Source: Bacteroidota bacterium (GTDB lineage: Bacteria > Bacteroidota > Bacteroidia > Bacteroidales > SKPS01). From it: DNA of 64,000 nt. Positions 49,237 to 59,452 of this stretch are shown here, piece by piece (position 1 is the stretch's first letter; each line of letters begins with the position of its first letter). The notes beneath the pieces are model-generated. The model ran no database searches. It was given only the letters and a program-made list of their open reading frames with translations, and was not told the DNA's origin. The translations under genes and the position numbers were made by a program. The stretch lies in NCBI GenBank assembly GCA_022709695.1, contig JAKLII010000011.1:41620-105619 (forward strand), read 5' to 3'.

Positions 49237-49741
49237 TTGATTTGAGTTTGCGTTTGTTTTTACAAGAACAGAATGATTATCAAGAAATTTGTTTAAGAGG
49301 CCACCCTGGGTTTTGGGTGGCTATTTCGCTCCCAGTCATTCTTCCCCAGCCAAAAGATGGAAATCGGATAAAGACATTGAACCCCGGTCAGCCTGTTAGC
49401 TTGTTGGGTTACGTTCATTTGTTCAAACCCACTTATTACGACAACAATAGATCTGCAGAAATGCATTAAACATGTATTGAAAAGCATCTGAAATTAAAGC
49501 GCCATTTTCAATCCCGGGAATGAGTTTCAACCAACAAATGATCGGGAATGATTCCTGTGACCTCAAAATATTAAAATCGTGTGTATAATTGAAAAGGTAA
49601 AGATAATATAAAATTAACTCATTCCGACATAAAAATGAAAATATAGTTGAAATATGTTATGCGATTAGAAAAGAACATATTAATTCGACAGAAATACCCT
49701 CATTCGTGTATTGCTGGCAATGAGGAGAATAGAAAGCGGAT

Positions 49742-49971
49742 AACGCTGATTCTTATGATCTTATATGATTATTTCTGGATGAATTAAAATGCCAGGATGT
49801 TTTCTGGGCTCTGTCGTTTTCTGAACCACATAGCAACATAGGAATCATAGCCACATAGAAGAAAACTATGATCCTATGTTGCCTATGATCCAATGTGGTA
49901 AAAGAAAATCAGTGCAAATCTTAATGAATCCGCGTCACTTGTACTGAGCGCAGTCGAAGTATCCGCGTTCT
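49742..49971. repeat. Modular intergenic repeat element, copy 3; right ~160-bp direct repeat (49778-49937)
   Basis: CATAG palindrome at 49825-49899, constant arm, and 24-nt hairpin at 49938-49961. An additional (ATGATCTT)-like arm lies at about 49742-49770. Confidence 0.9.
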
Positions 49972-49995
49972 ATATCTCAGCCCGCAAATAGCCCT

Positions 49996-51540
49996 TCAGA
50001 ATGCCGTAACCTTCCCGAACCGGTAGGTTCCGCGGTCGAGACGGTCCGCCACCCGGAAGTCGATATACAGCCTTCCCTCCGGGTCTTTCCCCGTTTCCAG
50101 CCGGAAGGTGCCCCACCTTGAAGGGGAGTGAACGCACAGGAAACTCCCGTCTCTCATGGGTTTCAGCACGGAACGCATCCCCGGGTGATGTTCATAGGTA
50201 ACCTGCAGCCCCTCCTGTGTGGCTGTAATCTCAATCTTGCCGTACAGGTCATTGCTCCAGGTTCCTGAATACTCCTTTGCGGTTAATCCTCCGGGAAAGG
50301 TGTCGGTTGTGGCCTCCAGCCACCTGCTTTCGGTGAGCGCTTTGGCGTCGGCCCTGTTCCTGAAGATTTTCAGGTATTCGCCGGAGTAGTTGCGGTAGGG
50401 CAGTCCCAGGAAGGCATCGGTAATTTCCCATTTCAGGGCTTCGTAAAACCAGTTTTCGTCGGTGTTGGTCAGGATCACGATCCCCAGTCCGAGCTCCGGC
50501 ATAAAGGAAACGCTGCTCACAAAGCCCCAGATGCCGCCACTGTGCGACACCACCTCTTTCCCCTCATAGTCTTCGAGGCTCCACCCCAGTCCATACAGCT
50601 CGTAATGGGTGGAATTGTAGATGTGCTGGTTCCTGCCGATGAGGGTAACCGGGGTTCTGGTTTTTTCGATCACTGCTGCAGGAATCACCCGGGCACCCCC
50701 GAAGGTGCCTTCGTTCAGCTGTGCGATGAGCCAGTGCGACAGGTCGTTTGCCGTGGATGACATCCCGGCTGCCGCGCCGATCAGGTCGATGTTGGTATGG
50801 GGAAATTTTTTCATCGCTCCGTTTTCCAGGGTATGCCCCCAGGCAACATTTCGCTGGCTGGCAAGATCTTTCGAGGTCAGCAGGGTGCGATCCATCTCCA
50901 GGGGATCCAGGATTTTGCGCTGCAGACAGGTTTCCCAACCCATTCCGCTGATGTTGCGAATGCATTCACCTGCAAAGAAGTAGCCGATGTTGGAGTAGCC
51001 GTATTTCTCGCGGATCCCATACGGAGGCTTCATCAAGGCGTAAGAGGCATAGATATCTTCCGGCCTGAGGGTGGAATAGAAATAGAGCCAGTCGCCCTGG
51101 AAGGTGGAATAACCCAGGTTATGAGCCAGCAAATCCCTCAGGGTGGCCTGTCGTGTGGTTGCCGGATCGTACAGGCTGAACTCCGGAAGCCATTTCGTTA
51201 CCTTGTCGCTGAGGCTGCAGAGGCTGTCGTATTCCAGCATGGCCATGGTGGTGCCTGTGAAGGCTTTCACGTTGGAGGCAATCATGAACAGGGTGTGTGC
51301 GTCAACCGGTTGTGTGCCACCAGCTTCGGTAACACCATACCCTTTGCTTACCACTACGTGGTCGCCCTTCACAATGGCAACTGCTGCCCCGGGGATGTTC
51401 CACTCAACCAGAGCGCGGTTGATATAGCCATCGAGGCTGTCGGTGATAAAGGCTGGAAGGGTGGAAGACTGTGCTGCAGAGAATTGGGGAACAACAGCTA
51501 ATGCTGCGAGGCAAATGAACGGAAGCAGTTTATTTCGCAT
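49996..51540 (-). CDS. Serine hydrolase, beta-lactamase/AmpC-like family, with a C-terminal DUF3471-like domain
   Basis: Signal peptide, SxxK (ASNVK), YxN (YSN) and HSGG. Confidence 0.88.
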   Translation of the reverse strand: MRNKLLPFICLAALAVVPQFSAAQSSTLPAFITDSLDGYINRALVEWNIPGAAVAIVKGDHVVVSKGYGVTEAGGTQPVDAHTLFMIASNVKAFTGTTMAMLEYDSLCSLSDKVTKWLPEFSLYDPATTRQATLRDLLAHNLGYSTFQGDWLYFYSTLRPEDIYASYALMKPPYGIREKYGYSNIGYFFAGECIRNISGMGWETCLQRKILDPLEMDRTLLTSKDLASQRNVAWGHTLENGAMKKFPHTNIDLIGAAAGMSSTANDLSHWLIAQLNEGTFGGARVIPAAVIEKTRTPVTLIGRNQHIYNSTHYELYGLGWSLEDYEGKEVVSHSGGIWGFVSSVSFMPELGLGIVILTNTDENWFYEALKWEITDAFLGLPYRNYSGEYLKIFRNRADAKALTESRWLEATTDTFPGGLTAKEYSGTWSNDLYGKIEITATQEGLQVTYEHHPGMRSVLKPMRDGSFLCVHSPSRWGTFRLETGKDPEGRLYIDFRVADRLDRGTYRFGKVTAF

Positions 51541-53197
51541 GGTGTTTCGGTTTTTCCAGTTCGCCGGCCATCTTCATGGCTTTTTCCACTGCAAAGTCGA
51601 AGTGGCTGAAAATATTTGCTTTACCCACCATAAATGCCAGCCGGCTCTTCTCCAGTTCCTCCAGCACCTCGGGTCGTACCCCTGAGAGCAGCACCTTCTT
51701 CCCGGAGGATTGCAGGTCGCGGATGATCTCCCTGAAGTTCTGGATGCCAGTGGTATCGATAAACGACACATGGCGCATGCGAATGATGATGATTTTTGAG
51801 GATTCGCGGGTATTTTTCAGCACCTCGCGGTATTTGCGGGCGGCAGCAAAGAAAAACGGCCCGCTGATTTCGTACACCTCGATGCTGTCGGGGACGAAGG
51901 AGTAGTTCTCGATCATGTCGGCGTCGGTATCCGCCTTGATCACTTCGCTCGATGTCGACATCCGCTGCATGAACAGCAGGGCAGAGATCACGATGCCCAC
52001 CTGGATGGCAACCGACAGGTCCACCAGTACGGTGAGGAAAAACGTGGTGAGCAGGATGGCGATGTCGTATTTTGAACCGCGGAGGATGGCCCTGAAGCTG
52101 CGCCATTCGCTCATGTCGTAGGATATCACGATCAGGATGCCGGCCAGACAGGGCATAGGGATGAGTTTGGCGTAGTTTCCCAGGAACAGCATGATCATCA
52201 ATATGGTGATGGCGTGTGTTATACCGGCAATGGGGCTTCTGCCGCCTGTTTTAATGTTGGTAACGGTACGTGCGATGGCCCCGGTGGCGGGGATCCCTCC
52301 GGCAATGGGAGAGATGATGTTGGCGATACCCTGGGCGATGAGCTCGGTGTTGGAGCGGTGGTTGGCGCCTATCATCCCGTCGGCCACCACGGCCGAAAGC
52401 AACGATTCGATGGCTCCCAGGAACGCGATGGTAAATGCCGGGGCGAAGTATTTCGGGATATTGGAAGGATCGATTGCCGGAATTTCAAAGGAAAAATCAG
52501 AAGGGATGGATCCGAAAACGGTTTCGATGGTGGCTACCGGCAGTTTCATGAGGCTTACCAGCAGTGTGGTGACAATCAGGGCGATAAAGGCTCCGGGGAT
52601 TTTTCCGGTGAAGCGTTTTGCCAGCATAACGATCAGAATGGTCAGGGCAGTAATTCCAAGGGACCAGAGGTTTACCGGCCCCTGATGGCTGAAATAGACC
52701 CCCCATTTCTCCAGAAATCCTGCCGGCATCCCGGTGATGCCTAATCCGAGGGCATCGTTCACCTGGGTTGAGAAAATGATCAAGGCAATGCCACTGGTAA
52801 AGCCCACAATCAGCGGAAAAGGGATGAATTTCAGCACAGAACCGAGCCGCAGCAATCAGAATCCGATCAGGATTACCCCTGCCAGCAGGGTCGATATCAG
52901 CAGCCCCTCCATGCCATATTGTGCCACCACGCCGTACACCACCACAATGAACGCACCGGTGGGGCCACCGACCTGCACCCGGCTCCCCCCCAGGAAGGAG
53001 ATGATAAAACCTGCCACCACGGCCGTGATGAGCCCTTTTTCGGGCGACACCCCAGAGGCAACGGCAAATGCGATGGCCAGCGGAAGGGCCACAATACCCA
53101 CCACCACGCCGGCAATCAGGTCATTGCGCAGCTGGTCACGGCTGTAGTCATGCCTGAGTACTGTGAAAAATTTGGGAAGAAATACCGGATCTTTCAT
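51530..53197 (-). pseudogene. SulP/SLC26 anion permease with a STAS domain, interrupted by an in-frame TGA
   Basis: [20 protein letters not shown] in the first ORF. The junction reads ILIGF*LLRLGSVLKFIP with TGA at 52856-52858 in frame where Gly is expected. A STAS domain follows (GPFFF...IDTTG). Confidence 0.88.
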
Positions 53198-53208
53198 AAC
53201 CTGAACTA

Positions 53209-54078
53209 TTAATGAGGCACCCCTTCGGGTTCAATATGAATGGTAGAGGTGATATGAAGTTGTTCTTTGAGCGATGTTTCCACCGATGTGGCAAGGCAAT
53301 GGGCTGTTTTTACATCGGATGCAGGATGTACCCTGATGTGAAAGGTGAGTTCACGGTGTGTGCCGTAGTTGTGAATGTGAAAATGATGGGGTTGAAGGTC
53401 GCTGCCGGCGGTTTCGTTGGCGATGCGCGTGATCTCCCGGATGAGCTCTTCCCCGGGCTCTTCTCCCAGAAGGTTGCTGATGGCATCGCGGATGATGTCG
53501 AAAGTGGTGTAAAAGAGCATCAGGGCGATAATGGCACCGGCTACACTGTCGATCCACCAGAACTGGTGGCGGAACATCAGTCCGATCAGCAGCACCACCG
53601 AGGAAAGGGCATCGCTGCGGTGGTGCCAGCCATCGGCCCGGATGGCCACATTGCTGGTTTTCCGGGCATAGTAAAATGCCAGTTGTGCCAGACCCTCCTT
53701 CACTACCACCGAAATGATGGTAACCACAATGGCAATGGTGCCGAAGTGCGCTACCTCACGTGCCATAAACCTTTCATACGATGCCACCAGAAAGCTCCAG
53801 GCAATGATGCCAAGAATAAATCCGATAAGGATTGCCGTCACCTGTTCCCACCTTCTATGACCAAAAGGATGTTCCTTGTCAGGTTTGCGGGATGAAAGCC
53901 TGATGCCGAACAGGAGTACAACAGAGCTGATGGTGTCTGAAAGGGTATGCCAGGCATCCGCAATCAGGGCTATGGATCCGGAGATTATACCTGCCCAGTA
54001 TTTGATGACAAACAGCAGTGTATTTACCACTATTGAAATAATACCTTCCAGATATCCGTACCGGGTTCTTTGGTCCAT
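53209..54078 (-). CDS. Cation diffusion facilitator family transporter
   Basis: [27 protein letters not shown] and IHIEP. Start taken at MDQRTRY. Confidence 0.93.
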   Translation of the reverse strand: MDQRTRYGYLEGIISIVVNTLLFVIKYWAGIISGSIALIADAWHTLSDTISSVVLLFGIRLSSRKPDKEHPFGHRRWEQVTAILIGFILGIIAWSFLVASYERFMAREVAHFGTIAIVVTIISVVVKEGLAQLAFYYARKTSNVAIRADGWHHRSDALSSVVLLIGLMFRHQFWWIDSVAGAIIALMLFYTTFDIIRDAISNLLGEEPGEELIREITRIANETAGSDLQPHHFHIHNYGTHRELTFHIRVHPASDVKTAHCLATSVETSLKEQLHITSTIHIEPEGVPH

Positions 54079-54097
54079 CGGGAACAGATTTAATGGG

Positions 54098-54156
54098 CAA
54101 AGATAGGGGATAATCCCCGTAAGCCCCCTCCGTTCCCCGATCTTTTTGTAATTTCG
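54098..54156. promoter_or_regulatory. Divergent -7 boxes for the CDF gene (minus, 54098-54105) and valS (plus, 54149-54156)
   Basis: TATCTTTG on the minus strand and TAATTTCG on the plus strand. Confidence 0.55.
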
Positions 54157-54181
54157 CGGGCTGTAAAAACGAAAATATTTC

Positions 54182-56800
54182 ATGGATATCCCTGCCAAAT
54201 ACAACCCTACCGATATTGAAGACCGATGGTATTCCTATTGGAACACAATGGGCTACTTCAGATCTGTTCCCGATCACCGGGAGCCCTATACCATTGTGAT
54301 TCCTCCACCCAATGTAACCGGGGTGCTGCACATGGGGCACATGCTCAACAACACCATTCAGGACATCCTCGTGCGCCGCGCCAGGATGCAGGGTTACAAC
54401 ACCTGCTGGGTGCCGGGCACCGATCATGCCTCCATCGCTACGGAGGCCAAGGTGGTGGCTAAGCTCAGGGATGAGGGGATCGATAAGGCAACCCTTACCC
54501 GGGAGCAGTTCCTGGAGCATGCATGGGAGTGGAAGGAAAAACATGGCGGTATCATCCTCGAGCAGCTCAAAAAGCTGGGAGCCTCCTGCGACTGGGAACG
54601 CACGAATTTTACCATGGACCCCCATTACTACGAATCGGTATTGGACGTGTTCATCGATCTTTTTGAGAAGGGTTTGATATACAGAGGCGTACGCATGGTA
54701 AACTGGGATCCGAAAGCCCTTACCGCAGTGTCTGACGAGGAGGTGATCTATAAGGAGGTGCAGTCGAAGCTGTGGTATGTACGCTACCCGGTTCAAAATA
54801 CGGATAACGAATGGATTACCATAGCCACCACCCGTCCCGAAACGATCCTGGGCGATACCGCAGTGTGCGTGCACCCTGAGGACCCGCGCTACACCCACCT
54901 GGTGGGGAAAACGGTGCTGGTGCCACTGGTAAACCGGCCGGTGCCGGTAATTGCCGATCCTTATGTAGACCGTGAATTTGGCACCGGATGCCTCAAGATC
55001 ACTCCTGCCCACGACATCAACGACTATGAGATCGGCATTAAGCATCACCTGCCGGTAATCGATATCTTTAATCCCGATGGAACCCTGTGCGAAAAAGCAG
55101 AGCTCTTTATCGGGATGGATCGTTTTGAAGCGCGGCGCGCAGTGGCTGATGCACTGGAAAAAGCCGGTCATCTGGTGAATGTGGAGGATTACCTCAACAA
55201 GGTGGGCTGCTCGGAGCGCACCGATGAGGTGATTGAGCCCAAGCTTTCGATGCAGTGGTTCTTCCGGATGGGAGAGATCTCAAAACCGGCCCTCACCGCT
55301 GTGATGGACGATCTGGTGCAGTTTCATCCGGCAAAGTTTAAAAACATCTACCGCCACTGGATGGAGAACATCCGCGACTGGTGCATCTCCAGGCAGTTGT
55401 GGTGGGGGCAGCGCATTCCGGTGTTCTACGCCCCTGACGGGACGATGGTGGCAGCCAAAACGGCAGAAGAGGCGGTGCAGAAAGCCGAAACCCTTCTGGG
55501 TAGGAAAGTGGAGCTCTCTGAGCTGGAACAGGATCCCGACGTGCTGGACACCTGGTTCTCGTCGTGGCTCTGGCCCATCGCCGTGTTCGATGGCATCAGG
55601 AAGCCCGATAATGCCGATATCCGGTACTATTACCCCACCAACGACCTGATCACCGCCCCGGAAATCCTGTTCTTCTGGGTGGCCCGTATGATCATGGCCG
55701 GCTATCTGTACCGGGATGATATCCCTTTTAAAAACGTGTACCTCACGGGGATTGTCCGCGACAAACTGGGGCGGAAGATGTCGAAGCAGCTGGGTAACTC
55801 ACCGGATCCGATCCTGCTGATGGAAAAATACGGGGCCGACGGTGTGCGGGCCGGTATGCTGTTCACCTCCCCGGCAGGTAACGACCTCCCCTTCGATGAA
55901 GGGTTATGCGAACAGGGGCGCAACTTCTGCAACAAGATCTGGAATGCCCTCCGCCTGGTAAATGGCTGGACGGAGGACCCCTCGCTTTCCCAACCCGGTT
56001 ATGCCGCAGCGGCGGTACAGTGGTTTGAAGCCCGCCTATCGCAGGCAATGGCTTCCATCGAAGACCTGTATGGCAAATACAGGCTTTCGGAGGCTTTGAT
56101 GACGGTGTACAAACTCATCTGGGACGACTTCTGCTCGTGGTACCTCGAGATGGTGAAACCCGCCTACCAGCAGCCCACCGACTCCGTAACCCTCAGCGCA
56201 ACGACCCGCTTTTTCGGGGAGCTGATGAAGATACTGCATCCGTTCATGCCCTTCATCTCCGAGGAGATCTGGCACCGCCTTGCTGAGCGTAACGCCGGGG
56301 AGGACCTGATCATCACCCCGATGCCGGAAGCCGGGCCCTTCGATGAACAGCTGCTGGCCGGGTTCAGCCTGGCATCTGAGGTCATTATGGCCATCCGCAC
56401 CTACCGGCAGGATAAAGGGATTCCGCAGAAGGATGCCCTGGCCATGTACGTTACCGGTGAGCTTCCTGAAATGTTTGTGCCCGTCATCCGGAAGATGGGG
56501 AACCTCTCGCTGCTGGAAACGGTTGCTCAAAAGCCTGCCGGAACCCTGGCAGTGATGGTGGGCACCCTCGAATGTGCATTTCCGCTGGGTGATGGGGTGG
56601 ATGCCGCAGAAGAGATTGACCGCCTCGAAAAGGAGCTGGAGTACAACCTTGGATTTCTGAAATCGGTGGAGGGGAAGCTGAAGAACGAAAAGTTCATGGC
56701 TTCGGCCCCGCAGAAGGTGATCGACACCGAACTGAAAAAACAGGCCGATACTCTCGAGAAAATCAAAGCCCTGCGGGCGCAGATCGATCTGCTGAGGTAG
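54182..56800 (+). CDS. valS: Valine--tRNA ligase
   Basis: [29 protein letters not shown] and a C-terminal coiled coil. Confidence 0.98.
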   Translation: MDIPAKYNPTDIEDRWYSYWNTMGYFRSVPDHREPYTIVIPPPNVTGVLHMGHMLNNTIQDILVRRARMQGYNTCWVPGTDHASIATEAKVVAKLRDEGIDKATLTREQFLEHAWEWKEKHGGIILEQLKKLGASCDWERTNFTMDPHYYESVLDVFIDLFEKGLIYRGVRMVNWDPKALTAVSDEEVIYKEVQSKLWYVRYPVQNTDNEWITIATTRPETILGDTAVCVHPEDPRYTHLVGKTVLVPLVNRPVPVIADPYVDREFGTGCLKITPAHDINDYEIGIKHHLPVIDIFNPDGTLCEKAELFIGMDRFEARRAVADALEKAGHLVNVEDYLNKVGCSERTDEVIEPKLSMQWFFRMGEISKPALTAVMDDLVQFHPAKFKNIYRHWMENIRDWCISRQLWWGQRIPVFYAPDGTMVAAKTAEEAVQKAETLLGRKVELSELEQDPDVLDTWFSSWLWPIAVFDGIRKPDNADIRYYYPTNDLITAPEILFFWVARMIMAGYLYRDDIPFKNVYLTGIVRDKLGRKMSKQLGNSPDPILLMEKYGADGVRAGMLFTSPAGNDLPFDEGLCEQGRNFCNKIWNALRLVNGWTEDPSLSQPGYAAAAVQWFEARLSQAMASIEDLYGKYRLSEALMTVYKLIWDDFCSWYLEMVKPAYQQPTDSVTLSATTRFFGELMKILHPFMPFISEEIWHRLAERNAGEDLIITPMPEAGPFDEQLLAGFSLASEVIMAIRTYRQDKGIPQKDALAMYVTGELPEMFVPVIRKMGNLSLLETVAQKPAGTLAVMVGTLECAFPLGDGVDAAEEIDRLEKELEYNLGFLKSVEGKLKNEKFMASAPQKVIDTELKKQADTLEKIKALRAQIDLLR

Positions 56801-56815
56801 TTTTTGATTTTTTTT

Positions 56816-57017
56816 ACCACAAAGGCACTGAGGACACGGAGGAACACTGAGAAGAGGTCAGAAAACCCAGGTTCCTATGTGGTAAAGAAATCAGTGAAAA
56901 TCTTAATAAATCCGAGTCATCGGTGTTCTCTTGTCAAAGCGAAGTGCTTTTCAACCTTCTGCTACTCTATGACAGCAATCCAAACAACTAAACAACTCAA
57001 CAACTCAACCAATAAAC
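56816..57017. repeat. Modular intergenic repeat element, copy 4
   Basis: Hybrid core ACCACAAAGGCAC...CCTATGTGGT at 56816-56883, constant arm with an empty hairpin site, and octamer tail (A/C)AACAACT x3-4 at 56982-57017. Confidence 0.85.
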
Positions 57018-57025
57018 ATATTCCC

Positions 57026-57033
57026 TATCTTTG
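57026..57033 (+). promoter_or_regulatory. -7 box for the OMP gene
   Basis: TATCTTTG. Confidence 0.55.
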
Positions 57034-57086
57034 GCACAATGATTGCCAAGTCGGCGCCTTCATTATTAACCCTAAACTCTCATTTT

Positions 57087-57731
57087 ATGAAAGCAAAAAT
57101 TACAATGATGGCTGTGGTTGCAGCCTTGATTCTTTGTGTTTCGGTTCCTGCCAAAGCACAGTTTTCCGACGGGAAAGCCACAGCTGGTATCAATGTGGGC
57201 GCCAGTCTCATCAGCATGCTCTTCAGGGCAGTGGATCTTTCAGAAACAGGGACCTTTGAAACCAGTGCTACACCACCTGTTCAGCTATCATTTGACTATA
57301 AAGTCGGCAGAAAATTCAGCGTAGGTGCTGCTTTTTCCTTCTCCCACATCAGCGCCGATTACAATGACCCAACCCTGACACCTGTTACCGACACCATGCT
57401 GCAGAATTTCAGCCTGACACTGAACCGCATCAGTTTTGCCGCAAGAGGGCTCTGGTATTACACCGACAATGACAAACTTGATCTCTATTCAGGGCTGAGA
57501 GTTGGCTTGAATATGTGGCCCCTGAAGCTGTCATCAACCGATCCTGATATTGATGTTGCCGATGCAAATCCTTTCTCAGAAGGATTGTTTGCAAATCCGG
57601 TTTACCCGGCATTCCAGTTCATCGTTTTCGGTGGTACGGCATTCGTTACCGACAATATCGGTATCAACTGGGAGCTGTGCGCAGGCCAGCCTTACTTTGC
57701 CGCTATTGGCGCCAGGTATCGCTTTAATTAG
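57087..57731 (+). CDS. Small outer-membrane beta-barrel protein
   Basis: Signal peptide from MKAKIT, alternating amphipathic strands, and C-terminal IGARYRFN. Confidence 0.8.
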   Translation: MKAKITMMAVVAALILCVSVPAKAQFSDGKATAGINVGASLISMLFRAVDLSETGTFETSATPPVQLSFDYKVGRKFSVGAAFSFSHISADYNDPTLTPVTDTMLQNFSLTLNRISFAARGLWYYTDNDKLDLYSGLRVGLNMWPLKLSSTDPDIDVADANPFSEGLFANPVYPAFQFIVFGGTAFVTDNIGINWELCAGQPYFAAIGARYRFN

Positions 57732-57734
57732 CCG

Positions 57735-59414
57735 TCAGAGGGCATAGGTAATCCCCAGCATACCATTAAAACGCTGTGCCGGGTAATACTGCCAGCGGTA
57801 GTATTTTGAGGCCGACAGATTGTTGAGCCTGATAAACCCTGAAAGAAGTTTCGAATACCGGTACTCTGCACCGAGGCTGATATCGAAAAGGTCTTTCAGG
57901 GTTTCTGTTTTTTCCACGCCGTTTTCGAATTCCTGTACCCGTATCCCGCTCAGGTATTGCATCGAAACGTAGGCAATGATCTTGTCCTGCAGGTTGTAAC
58001 GGGCATCGAGCCCGGTGGTGAGGGCAGGTTTATGCCAGGCATACCCGGTGGTAACCATATTGTAATCCTGGAACTTCACCAGCCCCGTGATCATCAGCTT
58101 CTCTGCTACCTTGACCCCCAGTTCGGCTTTAAGGGTGAGGATGGTACCATCATCGTACACCACTGCGAAGCGGTTTCTGAAGGGGAAGGTGGTATCGGCA
58201 GTGAACATCGGCATATTCTTCACGCTTTCTGACGAGACCAGAGCATTGAAATTCACCCTTGGGCCAATGGCGGTATTGATCCCCCCGAAAGCGCGGAGGG
58301 TGGTGGTCTTGTTCAGCAGCAGAGGATTGCTCACTACGAACGGATTTTCAGTGGCCAGTGTTCTGAAGCTTATATGTTCAATTCCCCCGTCAAGTCCGCC
58401 GGTGATCAGAAACTGTTGCTCTTTCAGCGAAATCTTCAGGAGTATATCCGGAAATACCCTGAGCTTACCGTTGTTATCACTCTCATACGCTGCCGTTAAA
58501 CCGGCTTTCAGCTCCATCTCTTTTACCCGGGTGCTCATGAACGGATTAACGGTCACCAGGTAAGTCTGTGCCGGCCATAACACGGTATCTTCACCTGCTG
58601 TGGCATGGTAGAATGCTCCTGACAGGTTTACCCCTGCCACCTGAAAAGGGCTGAATTTGAACCACTCCACCTCTTTGTTGAGATTCCCGGTGAGTCCGGC
58701 ACCATGCTCAGTGGTTGGGTACAGGTCGTTGATCATCTGCCAAGAAAGGCCGAAGGCATGGTTCAGACGGCTGCTGCCGCGGTAGTTGCTGCGAAGGGAC
58801 GCACTGAAGGAGGCTGTATGAAACCGCTGACGGATCGAATCGCGGCTCATGGTGTCGTTTACCAGGGTGTCGGGACGGCCGTAGTAATGCACCACATCGC
58901 GCCCGTAGCTTCCCCTGAAATCGTAAATATGCTCATCCCCGAACAATGAGGCATTTGCATCCACCCCGTTCTCGCTGTATCCCTGATATGCGTAATCTTT
59001 GATGTTCCCCAGCGACGAAAGGTGCTTGTAATGGATGCCGTAGCTGTGCTGCCTCGACCTGAGGCTGTTGTAAAACACTTCGAAATAGGGGGTTGTATAG
59101 TTCCCGAAACCGGTTTTCATAAAGAACCGGTAGAGCTGTTCCTGGGGCATTCCGCTCATCTTTGCCGCCTTGATGGGCGCCACTTCGATGTCGGTTTCCA
59201 GTTTTACCGGTGAGATTTCATACCTGAGCACCTCTTTTGTGGTGAGGCCGGTATCTGTTACCGCCGGATTGAGGTTGATCTTGTTCGCATCATCCACCAT
59301 GGGATTGTAGCTTTTGATGACCTTCACCTCCTCCCGGTGAATGTCCCCCTGCCCCATGACCGCCACGGGGATTGCGAACAGGGTCATGATCAGTGCAGTT
59401 ATCGTATTTTTCAT
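57735..59414 (-). CDS. Outer-membrane barrel protein of the family usually labelled TonB-dependent receptor; no evident plug
   Basis: Signal peptide, EEVKVIKSYNPMVDDANKI, GFGNY, and terminal YRYSKLLSGFIRLNNL...GITYAL. Confidence 0.7.
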   Translation of the reverse strand: MKNTITALIMTLFAIPVAVMGQGDIHREEVKVIKSYNPMVDDANKINLNPAVTDTGLTTKEVLRYEISPVKLETDIEVAPIKAAKMSGMPQEQLYRFFMKTGFGNYTTPYFEVFYNSLRSRQHSYGIHYKHLSSLGNIKDYAYQGYSENGVDANASLFGDEHIYDFRGSYGRDVVHYYGRPDTLVNDTMSRDSIRQRFHTASFSASLRSNYRGSSRLNHAFGLSWQMINDLYPTTEHGAGLTGNLNKEVEWFKFSPFQVAGVNLSGAFYHATAGEDTVLWPAQTYLVTVNPFMSTRVKEMELKAGLTAAYESDNNGKLRVFPDILLKISLKEQQFLITGGLDGGIEHISFRTLATENPFVVSNPLLLNKTTTLRAFGGINTAIGPRVNFNALVSSESVKNMPMFTADTTFPFRNRFAVVYDDGTILTLKAELGVKVAEKLMITGLVKFQDYNMVTTGYAWHKPALTTGLDARYNLQDKIIAYVSMQYLSGIRVQEFENGVEKTETLKDLFDISLGAEYRYSKLLSGFIRLNNLSASKYYRWQYYPAQRFNGMLGITYAL

Positions 59415-59452
59415 AGGAGTGACTTTATCGGTGGCTGTTGTTGATTCGGGGA

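Noticed and set aside
49242-49487. Small ORFs of 75 and 64 aa in the AT-rich gap
   Set aside because: They have no motifs, they overlap on opposite strands, and they lie in the probable leader region.
49996-51540. Antibiotic-resistance beta-lactamase
   Set aside because: SxxK, YxN and HxG are shared by the broad serine hydrolase family. Substrate cannot be inferred from these motifs.
52856-52858. TGA read as selenocysteine or glycine (genetic code 25)
   Set aside because: TGA ends clearly complete genes here (pyrE, holA, trxA). The position is a transmembrane Gly, not a catalytic Cys, and I saw no SECIS-like evidence.
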